In this document: positions 1 through 9,214 of the stretch, one piece after another
Layout of the letters: each line of letters starts with the position of its first letter
Numbering within the stretch: the first letter of the stretch is position 1
DNA from: Candidatus Zixiibacteriota bacterium
GTDB lineage: Bacteria; Zixibacteria; MSB-5A5; CAIYYT01
Reading direction: 5' to 3'
Assembly: GCA_040235515.1 (NCBI GenBank)
Contig: JBECKX010000174.1
Coordinates: 1 to 32,869 of the forward strand
Length of the DNA: 32,869 nt
Position numbers and translations under genes: made by a program
The notes under the pieces: generated by a model
Databases searched by the model: none
What the model was told of the DNA's origin: nothing
What the model saw: only the letters and a program-made list of their open reading frames with translations

Positions 1-548
1 GCATTAGTCGGCAGACCGGAAGCAGTGAGAGTAAGCGTTGTACCATCCGGGTCAGATGCTGTAACGACAAAGTTGAGGTTGCTGCCCTCATCGACTGACT
101 GGTCAGCGGTGGCCGTTATGGTTGGAGCCTGGTTGACGTTTATGACAGTAATCTGCACAATCGCGGTGTCGGCCTCGACTCCATCGGAGGCGATGAAGCT
201 GATGTTGTAGATACCCGCTTCGTCGAGACCGGGATCAAACTGAAAACTCCCGGTATTGTCACCGTTATCGGTGAGAGCGGCGTGGGCGGGTTCATTAGCG
301 AGCAATAGTGTCAGGGTATCGCCATCCGCGTCGGTCGCCGAGACATTGATGACCAGCGATTCGCCCTCGGCGATCGAAGTATCGGGGATAGCGTCCCAGA
401 CCGGCGGTGCTGCAACAGCCATTGATGTCAACAGCAGGCTGAAGAGCACGACAAGCTGCAGCGGCAGCTTCGCGCCGAACGGTCGTCGCAAAGCTGCGGG
501 CCTGTTACAGCTCGCCGGTGAAATTGTCTTAGAAACTGTTCTTACCAT
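1..548 (-). CDS. Secreted cadherin-like/Ig-like tandem repeat protein, N-terminal part only (runs off the window's left edge)
   Basis: Not in the ORF track. Hand translation from ATG at 548 is open to position 1: MVRTVSKTISPASCNRPAALRRPFGAKLPLQLVVLFSLLLTSMAVA-APPVWDAIPDTSIAEGESLVINVSATDADGDTLTL...FIASDGVEADTAIVQITVINVNQAPTITATADQSVDEGSNLNFVVTASDPDGTTLTLTASGLPTN. It has a signal peptide ending AVA, cadherin-like 'ATDADGD'/'VNQAP'/'ASDPDG' motifs and a GGAG about 10 nt upstream. Confidence 0.9.
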   Translation of the reverse strand, partial: MVRTVSKTISPASCNRPAALRRPFGAKLPLQLVVLFSLLLTSMAVAAPPVWDAIPDTSIAEGESLVINVSATDADGDTLTLLLANEPAHAALTDNGDNTGSFQFDPGLDEAGIYNISFIASDGVEADTAIVQITVINVNQAPTITATADQSVDEGSNLNFVVTASDPDGTTLTLTASGLPTN

Positions 549-648
549 AACCAAAGTTCTCCACGACTCTTTCGGACCGCGCCGTCGACTCTGCCTTGAG
601 CCGGCTTACAGCGCGGTTGAGGTTCACGCCTGGCCAGTTGCATCCGGC

Positions 649-2952
649 CTACTTCAACAGCACCATTTTGCGGGTTTTCGCCTGATCTCCGATAGTCAGG
701 CGATAGAAATAGACACCCGATGCCGCCGGTGTGCCGTTTTCCATACGGCCGTACCAAGTGTAGGAGTACTCTCCCGGAGCAAGCACATCATCGACCAGCG
801 TGTGCACATGCTGTCCGAGGAGGTTGTAGATCTTCAGGGACGCACGGCGCGCTGAGTTCGCTTCGATAGCGAAGTTGATAGTTGTTTCCGGGTTGAACGG
901 ATTGGGGAAGTTCTGCTGGAGGGTGAAATCCTCCGGCAACACGCCACCCTTGCGCGCGAGGTTCTTCACCTTGACTTCCACAGCATCCGGGTCAACCATC
1001 ACGGCGTAATTGATCTTAAGGTCGTCATTCGTGAGTTCGCCGATTGTATTCTTCTGCGTGCTGAAACTCAGCAGCGTTCCGGTACCGGCCTTCATATAGT
1101 TGTTGAGCCCTGCCGAACCGGGGTAGAGCAGCACGATCATCCTGCCGAGGCCATCATCCTTGTAGCGAAGCGCCAGATTGCTGGAGAGCGCGGTACGCTC
1201 AGGCTGCTGCAGCTGAACCTTCTCCGGGTTGTAGCTGATCTCAAACTGCACGCCCGCGACATCGGTCGGCAATTCGGCGTAGATATCGGTGACTCCCTGA
1301 CTGCCGGCTGCGGAGGGTTCATAGAGCTCGAGCACGGCTTCATCACCACCGAAGTCAACAAATGAGGGCGGTGTGCCGCCGAAGACCTGGTTGATAATCG
1401 CCTGCAGATCGATCACATCCACGAACCCGTTACGGTCCATGTCGGCAGCGCTGAACTGGCGGGCGTTGAGCTCGATATCTTCGATGATATAAGCGACCAC
1501 AACTACCATATCGGCGATATCGACGCGACCGTCACCGTTAACATCACCGCCGGCATCGACGACGAAGATACCGTTATCGTCGGTTTCCAGCTCGACGGAT
1601 GGCACGAAGGGATCGGGGCTGATCGATTCGTAAGCGTTTTCGAATCGGAGTTCGGACTCGCCGATCGGCGCGGAGCCTCTGACTGTCACCCAGAAGTTCA
1701 TGATTTCCGGCGTGGATGTGGTCTGAATCTCTTCGTTATTAAGTCCGAAGGCGACGACGCGCACCCTGCCGGAGATATCCCCGATATTTTCATAGACAGT
1801 GAAATTCTGCAATCGATCGGTCGGTACGAGCGAATCGACAATCAGGACATCTGAATTGTAAACGAAGTCGAACTGAACACCGAACACAGAGGATTCTGAA
1901 CTGAGGTTCACAGGAATACTGATGCCGGTTAGACCGGGAGTACCTCCCGAGACTGGCCCGATGCCGCGCTGCGAGACCGTGTAGATGACATCGCCCTCCG
2001 GTGGCGGCTGCTGGGTTACGGTGATATTGACCGAGCGCGGAGTCGCCGAGGCAGAGGAATCGTCCACGCAGGTAAAGGTGATCGAGTATGAATTGATCTG
2101 TGAAGCGTTGGGGGTCCAGCTGAAATTGCCGGTTACCGCTCCCGCTCCGGTGACACTGCCGCCCGAACCGAATGTCGCTCCCGAAGGTAGCCCGGAAGCA
2201 GAGAGAGTGATTGTCTGACCAGCATTCGGGTCGCTTGCGGAAACTGAGAAGTTGATTGGTGTACCGGGGGTGACGGCATAACTGGTTTGCGAGAGAGCGG
2301 CAATCGACGGCGGGGAATTGGTACCACCCGTCTGGCCTTCTCCCACTGTCAGAACACCGGAGACGATTCTTGGATAGACTGTCCGTAAGCCGAGATGATC
2401 GGAGTAGGAACAGCCACGGAAATCACCGGGGTCGTCATCGAACGGATTATAAATGCGAATTACGGTTTGATCGCCGATATTGAGGTTGTCCTTGATTCGC
2501 ACATAGAATTGCAGGACATTCCCTCGACCCTTCCTGATCCATAACTGGTCTCCCGGACTATCGCCTCCATCTCCGGCGCCGATGACACTCGCCCGTTTAC
2601 CGTTCGAGGTTGCCATTACAAGTGGCTGGAAGTTGAAAACGCACTGGCCCGCCGGCACACCCTCGAAGGCACGATCGATCGAGTCGACGTTCACGAAGAA
2701 CGTCCCCTGGTCGACGACACCGACGTACTCGACCTTGGTCGTATCGATGTCGAAGTACGCATTGATCGCCATCAAGGTGGTATCCGGATTGACCACGAAC
2801 AGCTTGATCGGTACGATATCGCCCGGCTGTCCGAATGCCGGCATTACCTTAAAGGTATCAGCCTCTGATATTAGCTGGCTATAGGCTTGCTTCTGGGGAA
2901 CCAGAGCCGCCACCACCGCTAATAACAATATTGGGATCAGTTTTCTGAGCAT
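649..2952 (-). CDS. Secreted cohesin / cadherin-like / cohesin / dockerin / cohesin-like protein with T9SS type-A (FlgD-Ig) C-terminal domain, about 767 aa
   Basis: The start MLRKLIP at 2952 has a GAGG RBS and a signal peptide. Cohesin-like motifs are GQPGDIVPIKLFV, VFGVQFDFVYNSDVL and VAGVQFEISYNPEKV. Ig repeat: NSPP...ASDPNAG. Dockerin pair: GDVNGDGRVDIAD / ADMDRNGFVDVID. CTD: LQQNFPNPFNPET...SGVYFYRL...RKMVLLK. Confidence 0.88.
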   Translation of the reverse strand: MLRKLIPILLLAVVAALVPQKQAYSQLISEADTFKVMPAFGQPGDIVPIKLFVVNPDTTLMAINAYFDIDTTKVEYVGVVDQGTFFVNVDSIDRAFEGVPAGQCVFNFQPLVMATSNGKRASVIGAGDGGDSPGDQLWIRKGRGNVLQFYVRIKDNLNIGDQTVIRIYNPFDDDPGDFRGCSYSDHLGLRTVYPRIVSGVLTVGEGQTGGTNSPPSIAALSQTSYAVTPGTPINFSVSASDPNAGQTITLSASGLPSGATFGSGGSVTGAGAVTGNFSWTPNASQINSYSITFTCVDDSSASATPRSVNITVTQQPPPEGDVIYTVSQRGIGPVSGGTPGLTGISIPVNLSSESSVFGVQFDFVYNSDVLIVDSLVPTDRLQNFTVYENIGDISGRVRVVAFGLNNEEIQTTSTPEIMNFWVTVRGSAPIGESELRFENAYESISPDPFVPSVELETDDNGIFVVDAGGDVNGDGRVDIADMVVVVAYIIEDIELNARQFSAADMDRNGFVDVIDLQAIINQVFGGTPPSFVDFGGDEAVLELYEPSAAGSQGVTDIYAELPTDVAGVQFEISYNPEKVQLQQPERTALSSNLALRYKDDGLGRMIVLLYPGSAGLNNYMKAGTGTLLSFSTQKNTIGELTNDDLKINYAVMVDPDAVEVKVKNLARKGGVLPEDFTLQQNFPNPFNPETTINFAIEANSARRASLKIYNLLGQHVHTLVDDVLAPGEYSYTWYGRMENGTPAASGVYFYRLTIGDQAKTRKMVLLK

Positions 2953-3116
2953 ATTGCTACCTCTTCTCTGAGTCAGACAGTTCACTTTATCGAATCCGCA
3001 CGGCGAGGGTACACCCTGCGGGAAAAATCGGTTTTGGCGCGGCGGTTTTGGCCGCTATTCAAAAATGCTTTGCAACTAATCGCTCAAAAAATAGCAGTAA
3101 ACGCGAGACGTTCTCC

Positions 3117-5576
3117 CTACTTGAGCAAGATCATTTTCCGTGTTGCCTCGAACGCGTCGGTTCGAAGACGGTAGAAGTAAATTCCGGACGGTAGTTCCTG
3201 GTCGAAATGGTTCCGACCGTTAAATATAACTTGATGCCTGCCCGCCGGAAGCACTTTATCGACTAATGTCGAGATTTTTTCTCCGAGTATGTTATAGACC
3301 TCCAGGGTCGCTGCAGCAGCGCCCGGAAGCTCAAATGAGATCGTAGTTTCGGGATTAAACGGATTGGGGTAATTCTGTTCGAGCTGGAATGATTCCGGCA
3401 GAATTCCCTTCTCCAGGCTCTGCGGGTAAATCAGCTCGCCGCGTTCGTCCACGAATTCCGCGGAGATAAGTTTTGAGTGTTCTGATGCAGTGATCGTGAG
3501 CAACTCTTCGGCCTGCCTGGCAATCGCCATATCACCGCGGCGCGAGTAGAGAAGGACCCCCGCGATATCACCCTCGCGAGCCGAGATCAACTCGAAGCTA
3601 GTTCCGTCTCCGGTCAGGGCGACGTCGAACTCGCTGCCGGCGTCAACGGAAAACTGGAACAGGGCTGCGGCAAACGCGGCATCCTCGCGGAAGCTGAGCG
3701 TGAATCGATCCCGCAGTTCTTCCCAGAGGTACTCGGCAGATGGTTTCAGTCCTGAGGTGGCGATTTTACCCGATCCGCCGCTGACGATTTGAATCATCTG
3801 GATCAGGTCGGCCAACTCCGCCGGTGTACCATTCTGATTGATGTCGCTGTTTTGCCAGCGAGCGCCGTCGAGCGGATACTCGAACGGATTTACGAAGTAG
3901 TTGGTGAAGTAGACGAGATCGGCGATTTCGAACGCAACGGCGTTGAGATTGATATCACCAACCAGTCCATCATATTTCTTGATCAGCACGCCACCTGTCG
4001 TGTACTCGATCGCCGAGCGCGGAATCAGCGTACCATCCGGCTCCCAACCGGCGTTCTCGGTCTGATCCTGCGGATCGAGGAACACGTACTCGAGGCGAGT
4101 ATGGAATCCGGCAAAGCTGGTGTTGGAGGAGATCAGGAAGCGAAGGTGCACCACCGGCCCTTCCCCCTCATCGAGATAACGGGTTGCCGGATTAGCGTTG
4201 TCGGCATCCGCGGTCACGAAGATCTTGCCATCGGAGGAGAGGGTATAGTTAAAGATCTGCCACTGGTCGAGACGTGTCCCGACGGTGTCGACCTTGTTGA
4301 GTGTCAGAATCGATTTATCGTATTCGATTTTCACATTGAAAGCAGCCACCGGCACGCGGTTGTGCATGGAGACGTAAACATCAACATACTCCGCCGGGAA
4401 GCCCTGCTCTTCGCCAATCGAGAGTTCGATCGGGGCTGAGGGCATCATCTGGAGCGTATGGAATTCCGTTGTACTGCCACCGAATTCATCGACGGCAGAG
4501 ATGGAGAAGTTGTAGTCGCCCGAGTCCTCGATCGCCGAGTTCCAGCGAATGAAACCGGGATTGGCGTCATTGATTTCGACCGCCGCCGGGAGACCATCGA
4601 CGATGAAATGAATCGCGTCGAAGTCAGGATCGTTGCCGGTCAAGGGAATCAACAACTCATCACCGGCGGAACCGGTAAGGGCCGAACCAATGGTGAAGCT
4701 GGGCGATCTATTGACGTTGACGACGTGGACCGGCACCGTCATGTGCGTGGCGACTTTGCCGTCGAAGGCGACGATATTGAGATCGTACGGTGATTGCGTG
4801 GCAGAGCCCGGTCCCACGTATGGCACCTTCCAGATGAAGGTGCTCTGGTTGCGCGAAGTATTTTCGAATACCGATCCGGGAGTCAGATTGGTGGCGAAGA
4901 CATCGAGATCGTCGTTGTCAGGATCGCTGGTTTCGATTGACAGGGTGACGGTTTCTCCCTCCATGACAGTGAGGGGTGCGATCGGTTTGATTTGTGGAGC
5001 GCGATTGGTGGCATCGATCGAGATTACACCGGCCACCACGACCGGCACGATGTTTTCGCTCTGTGGAGTGTTCAACTCCAGCGGACCGCCCGGCTTGGCT
5101 TTGATTTCACCGGCGGCACCATCGTTCAGTCCCGAATTGGCGGTGATGTGCAGGGTCGCGATGACTCCGGAGCCAGCCGGCAAAGCGGGTGAGCCGAGGG
5201 CCACACCATTTATCGTGATCGTTTTGGTAGCTTCATTGAGTGAGTAGTTGAGTAACGTCCAGTTCTTGGCTCGCGAATCGGCAAAGCTGACAGAATCGAC
5301 TGAGATCAACTCGTCAGGATAGGTAAGTGTAATCGTGAGCCCCGCCAGCGCTTCGTCGTTGAAGAGATGGATATCTACGTCACCTGAAGCATTGGGGCGG
5401 ATGGTCACGTCGGCAATGCTCACGGTGTCGATTTCGCCGAAGGGATCTGATTGCGCCCGGACTGGCGCCGGCAGCAACAGGAGTGAGACGACGGCGAGTA
5501 TCGGAGCGGCCAACCGGAGCCAGCCTGAGTAGATAGAGTGGTTTTGCCGGAGTTTCTGGAGTAGCCCGTTTAACAT
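3117..5576 (-). CDS. Secreted cohesin / 2x cadherin-like / cohesin / dockerin protein with T9SS type-A C-terminal domain, about 819 aa
   Basis: ATG at 5576 follows GGGGG; the signal peptide ends VRA. Cohesin-like segments are LAGLTITLTYPDELISVDSV and VAAFNVKIEYDKSIL. Ig repeats: NRAP..SDPDND and NRSP..NDPDFD. Dockerin: GDINLNAVAFEIADLVYF / SDINQNGTPAELADL. CTD: QNYPNPFNPET...RKMILLK. Confidence 0.88.
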   Translation of the reverse strand: MLNGLLQKLRQNHSIYSGWLRLAAPILAVVSLLLLPAPVRAQSDPFGEIDTVSIADVTIRPNASGDVDIHLFNDEALAGLTITLTYPDELISVDSVSFADSRAKNWTLLNYSLNEATKTITINGVALGSPALPAGSGVIATLHITANSGLNDGAAGEIKAKPGGPLELNTPQSENIVPVVVAGVISIDATNRAPQIKPIAPLTVMEGETVTLSIETSDPDNDDLDVFATNLTPGSVFENTSRNQSTFIWKVPYVGPGSATQSPYDLNIVAFDGKVATHMTVPVHVVNVNRSPSFTIGSALTGSAGDELLIPLTGNDPDFDAIHFIVDGLPAAVEINDANPGFIRWNSAIEDSGDYNFSISAVDEFGGSTTEFHTLQMMPSAPIELSIGEEQGFPAEYVDVYVSMHNRVPVAAFNVKIEYDKSILTLNKVDTVGTRLDQWQIFNYTLSSDGKIFVTADADNANPATRYLDEGEGPVVHLRFLISSNTSFAGFHTRLEYVFLDPQDQTENAGWEPDGTLIPRSAIEYTTGGVLIKKYDGLVGDINLNAVAFEIADLVYFTNYFVNPFEYPLDGARWQNSDINQNGTPAELADLIQMIQIVSGGSGKIATSGLKPSAEYLWEELRDRFTLSFREDAAFAAALFQFSVDAGSEFDVALTGDGTSFELISAREGDIAGVLLYSRRGDMAIARQAEELLTITASEHSKLISAEFVDERGELIYPQSLEKGILPESFQLEQNYPNPFNPETTISFELPGAAAATLEVYNILGEKISTLVDKVLPAGRHQVIFNGRNHFDQELPSGIYFYRLRTDAFEATRKMILLK

Positions 5577-5702
5577 ATTTCCCCCGAAGTACTTTTCAGG
5601 CAAGCGGATAGCTTGTTGAGCGGCACCATGTCAGGAGTAGTTTCGGCAGCGTGAGGGCTGCAGATATGGCTGTAACTGTCACACTTCATCACCATCAGTG
5701 GG

Positions 5703-5719
5703 TGCAACATATATGCCAA
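5703..5719 (-). promoter_or_regulatory. sigma54 (-24/-12) promoter upstream of the 819-aa gene
   Basis: The minus strand reads TTGGCATATATGTTGCA, with the exact GG-N10-GC spacing of the TGGCAC-N5-TTGC consensus, about 125 nt upstream of the start codon. Confidence 0.7.
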
Positions 5720-5792
5720 GAGGCGAGGAGTGGCGGGATCGTGTCCCTTTGGACAGTAATCTGATCTGTACATGGTGCTCGGTATATAAAGT

Positions 5793-5808
5793 GTTGCATT
5801 GTAGCAAC
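5793..5808. promoter_or_regulatory. Palindrome, candidate enhancer-binding-protein site
   Basis: GTTGC-ATTGTA-GCAAC lies about 80 bp upstream of the sigma54 element. A second dyad, TGCA-ATAGCT-TGCA, is at 5911-5924. Confidence 0.4.
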
Positions 5809-6011
5809 TTATTTTGGGACGCCTGCTGCCGTGTGCTTTCGGTCGGAAGGCAACCGGAATTCCCTCTCTCCTAAGTGTGGTACTGGTTTGCACAGGCTCT
5901 GAAAAATCCCTGCAATAGCTTGCAACTTCCCTATTACGGGGAGCTACAAAATTCTTTCGAGTAGCTTTTCTTACTTCTGTTTCAAACGGTTTCGACAAAA
6001 CGGCCTACAAA

Positions 6012-6180
6012 TAAAAAAATGGCTCAGCCCACGAACTTCGCATTGCGTGATGCTTGCCATAGCAGGTGAATCAATCCGGTTGGACAAAGCGTCAGTCATT
6101 TGATTCAAGTTCGCGGCCGTTAGATGTCTATGTCTTCACTCACCTCCTCCAGTTACACCGAGCAGCGTTGCGGCTGCTTT
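6012..6180 (-). ncRNA. Candidate structured RNA of unknown family
   Basis: Nested stems: 6029-6038/6107-6116 and 6068-6074/6100-6106. Small hairpins lie at 6051-6064, 6039-6047 and 6161-6178. It ends in a U7 tract on the minus strand. Confidence 0.45.
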
Positions 6181-6183
6181 GAT

Positions 6184-6215
6184 AAAATCTGGGGAGAGGA
6201 TTATCTCTCCCCAGA
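6184..6215 (-). terminator. Rho-independent terminator or processing hairpin after the 877-aa gene
   Basis: Perfect 11-bp stem TCTGGGGAGAG-N6-CTCTCCCCAGA, followed by TTTT on the minus strand, 25 nt after the stop codon. Confidence 0.8.
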
Positions 6216-6240
6216 CATCTATCAGACAATTCTGACGAAA

Positions 6241-8874
6241 TTACTTCATCAGGACCATCTTCTTGGTCTGCGTCCAGTCAGCCACGGTAGCCTTGTAGAA
6301 GTAGATACCGGAAGCGACGTTGGAAGCATCCCATTCAACGTTGACGGTACCTACGCCGTTACCGGAGAAGCTCTCGACGAGCTGGCCAGCGACGTTGTAG
6401 ATAGCGAGTGACCAATCAGAGGCGGTCGGCAGATCGAGACCGATCTTGGTGGTCGGGTTGAACGGGTTCGGGACGTTCTGATGCAGCGCGAACGAGGTCG
6501 GCAGCACGCTCTTTGAGACCTGGGTGTTCAGCATGTTACCGCTGTAGTCGGCAACTTCGACACTCACAAGCTCAACGTCACCGTTGATCGTGAACAGGTC
6601 GGCGGCGCCGGCTTCGATCGAGTTGGTCATGTTGCTGGTACCGGCATAAACCAGGACCTTCAACTGGCCATCGTTCTCAGCGCTGACAACTTCCATGTCA
6701 GTCTTGCTGACAAGGTCGTAGGCACCGTTGACTTCAAACGTAGCGTACACAGCACCGAGTTCAACCGATGCGTTGGTCGACAGGGTACCGTTGGCAAGCG
6801 TCACGTTAGCCGTGTTGGCAAACGGAGCAAGCTTCGGGAACGGAAGAGCATCACCCACGATGATACGAAGCTGGTAGACCAGGTCACCGACGGTAAGCGG
6901 AGTACCATCCGCGTTAACATCGGAAGCCGCGATCTGAGCTTCGCGGAACTGCGGGTTCGGATCGAGGGCGCTGAGACCATACAGGAAGTAGTTCGTGTAG
7001 AGTACGGCGTCCGCGATTTCGTTGTCGATACCGTTGAGGTTGATATCACCACGGCCGTCAATTGAGTCGGCGCAGATAATGTCAACACCACCGTTCCAGA
7101 AGATGATGAAACGAACCGGCTCATACTTATCGCTGACATCGCAGTCGGCGCAAGCACCACCGAAGCTCATTGCGAAGTAGCAGGAGAGGTCGGTGATTTC
7201 ATAATCCGGGACGTTGATCGGATCGGTGTTCTCGAAGTCGAAGACCTGAGAGCTGATCCAAAGGGTGTCACCACCGATGTTCGAGATGCTGTTGTCGCCG
7301 CAATCGATCCAGCAGAAGCGGATCGGCAGGTACTGGCACTCGTACGTACGGTCGTTAGTGACATAGAACTTCAGGCTGGCGAGTTCGCCACCATCCGGGA
7401 CATTGAAGCCGGCCGGATGATTGGCACCGTTGTTCTGATCGGCAATCGCGACCACGCGGAGCTTTCCGCTCGGGCACGGGCCAACGCAGTTACCAAAGGC
7501 ACCATAACGATAGGTGAAGTACTCCCATCCAAGACCGGCAGGACCGATAGCGGCGCCCGGCTCGGCCGAGATGAAGCTAAGACCAGAAGCATCGTAACCG
7601 ACGAGGAAGTCAAAACCGCCCATTTCGCCAGAACCCTGGACCTTGGTGATTGAGACATACTCGTAGTGACCCTGGAAGGTACCATGGGTCTTCTCGATCT
7701 TGATCACGAACGGCTGGGTGTTCAGAACTAAGATATCGAAGGTACATGAAGCAACGCCACCGCAAGGATCGGTCACGGAAACGGTGAAGCTCTTGGTCAG
7801 ACCGCCTTCGGAGTTATCCGAAAGCCAGGCGAAGTTACCAGTGCCATCGACTGTCGGAGCATTGACGACGGCATCGTTGGCCACGACTGACCAAACGAGA
7901 GCATCGCACGGATCCGCATCGGTAGCATTGAAGTCAACACCAACGGAGTTACCCTTACCAACTGACTTCGAAGCGATGCAGTTAGTAATGGTCGGGTTGT
8001 TGTTGGTCCAGTTGATCGTGAAGTCATGCTGGGCAGAGCTGCCGCAGTTGTTGGTCACGGTCACGCTGACGTCGGTTGAACCGCAGGTCGAAATCGGATT
8101 GACCGTAAGTTCGCCGGTGGCAGCGTTGATGGTACCAGCTGAGCTGGAGAAGCTGATCGGTGAACCGTTCGGATCGACCGGATCGGCATTGAAGTCAAAG
8201 CTGTAGGTCAAGCAGTGGCTGCGGTTGACGCTTGCACCAGGATCGCTGGTGAAGGCCGGGGCAACGCACGGACGAAGAATGACATCAAAGCAAACGGCCG
8301 GGGCATCCGGATTAAGCACGCCGGAGTTCGGCTGACCCTGGTAGGTCGGAACTTCGGTGCCACCGGTCTGCGGGTTCATCGACCAGTCGGCCTGACCGAC
8401 TGCATCGTTGTCGATGCAGAAGCCATTGGGGGTATCCACATTGGCATTGTCAGCATCGAACTGCATTGAATACAGCAGGGTTGAGGTCGCCTGGGCCGGC
8501 AGCGGAGCGCTGAGAGCGGCACCACCCCAGTTAATGGCGTTCGGCATAAGGGAACCGTCGGAGAGTGTACCACCGAGGTCGAAGGCACCAACGGCGCCAC
8601 CGTGTCTCAGGATGTAGACACCGCCGGTACCGCCGGCATCGCCATAACCGTTATCCCAAGTGTAAGTTCCACCAGCTGTCCAGCTGAAAACAAAACCGAC
8701 GGCCATACCGGTGAGCGGAGCATCGGTCTGGAAATAGTACCCAACCATATTGGTCTCGCCAATATAAGCTACAGAGTCAGGGCCGTTGACTTTGACGCTA
8801 ACGTCATAGCCAGCAAATGCGCTGACGCTCAGAAGAAGCATAAACGAAGTAACTAAGATTAGACAGCGTTTCAT
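6241..8874 (-). CDS. Secreted Cys-rich cohesin / Ig / cohesin / dockerin protein with T9SS type-A C-terminal domain, 877 aa; probable major surface protein
   Basis: AGGAG RBS and a signal peptide ending AFA. Ig repeats include NNNPTI..ATDADP. Cohesin: MGGFDFLVGYDASGLSF. Dockerin: RGDINLNGIDNEIADAV / SDVNADGTPLTVGDLV. CTD: QNVPNPFNPTT...SGIYFYK...KKMVLMK. Confidence 0.9.
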   Translation of the reverse strand: MKRCLILVTSFMLLLSVSAFAGYDVSVKVNGPDSVAYIGETNMVGYYFQTDAPLTGMAVGFVFSWTAGGTYTWDNGYGDAGGTGGVYILRHGGAVGAFDLGGTLSDGSLMPNAINWGGAALSAPLPAQATSTLLYSMQFDADNANVDTPNGFCIDNDAVGQADWSMNPQTGGTEVPTYQGQPNSGVLNPDAPAVCFDVILRPCVAPAFTSDPGASVNRSHCLTYSFDFNADPVDPNGSPISFSSSAGTINAATGELTVNPISTCGSTDVSVTVTNNCGSSAQHDFTINWTNNNPTITNCIASKSVGKGNSVGVDFNATDADPCDALVWSVVANDAVVNAPTVDGTGNFAWLSDNSEGGLTKSFTVSVTDPCGGVASCTFDILVLNTQPFVIKIEKTHGTFQGHYEYVSITKVQGSGEMGGFDFLVGYDASGLSFISAEPGAAIGPAGLGWEYFTYRYGAFGNCVGPCPSGKLRVVAIADQNNGANHPAGFNVPDGGELASLKFYVTNDRTYECQYLPIRFCWIDCGDNSISNIGGDTLWISSQVFDFENTDPINVPDYEITDLSCYFAMSFGGACADCDVSDKYEPVRFIIFWNGGVDIICADSIDGRGDINLNGIDNEIADAVLYTNYFLYGLSALDPNPQFREAQIAASDVNADGTPLTVGDLVYQLRIIVGDALPFPKLAPFANTANVTLANGTLSTNASVELGAVYATFEVNGAYDLVSKTDMEVVSAENDGQLKVLVYAGTSNMTNSIEAGAADLFTINGDVELVSVEVADYSGNMLNTQVSKSVLPTSFALHQNVPNPFNPTTKIGLDLPTASDWSLAIYNVAGQLVESFSGNGVGTVNVEWDASNVASGIYFYKATVADWTQTKKMVLMK

Positions 8875-9214
8875 TCTTTAGCTCCTAAACTAGTTGCTGG
8901 AAAAAGATTTGGTATCAGTTAACACTCACTTGATACCTCGTGCCCCCTATTAACTGATTCTACAAGTTTCCCGACTCATTGCGGGATTCTTCAAAACCAG
9001 ATTGAGCCTCAGGAGACTAAGCACACAATGGCATTATCTGCAAAAGGACTCGTGGTGGTTGAACGTTTAAGCCTCTTCTCCTAAACTCCTTCTCACCTCC
9101 TTTCACTCTTTCATTACTCTTCACAGTCATATTGAGTCAGAATTTTCATTTTTTCTATTATCTCAGTCTTAGGCTACGGTTAGATCGTCATTAGACCGAG
9201 CGACCCCCGCGAGC

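Noticed and set aside
25..855. Plus-strand ORFs 25-210 and 256-855
   Set aside because: They are antisense shadows of the real minus-strand genes (1-548 and 649-2952) and carry no recognisable motifs.
5878..5892. TGGTACTGGTTTGCA as a plus-strand sigma54 promoter
   Set aside because: GG-GC spacing is one base short and there is no downstream plus-strand gene.
5570..5998. 142-aa minus-strand ORF in the intergenic region
   Set aside because: TTG start without RBS, atypical composition, and it overlaps the sigma54 promoter and dyads.
9114..9149. Mini-ORF MKILTQYDCEE as a leader peptide
   Set aside because: No RBS and no regulatory codon run; indistinguishable from chance.
9170..9212. GGTCTAA-containing segment as a c-di-GMP-I riboswitch
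   Set aside because: It lacks the GGCAAA/GAAA P1-P2 elements; only a short motif resembles the family.
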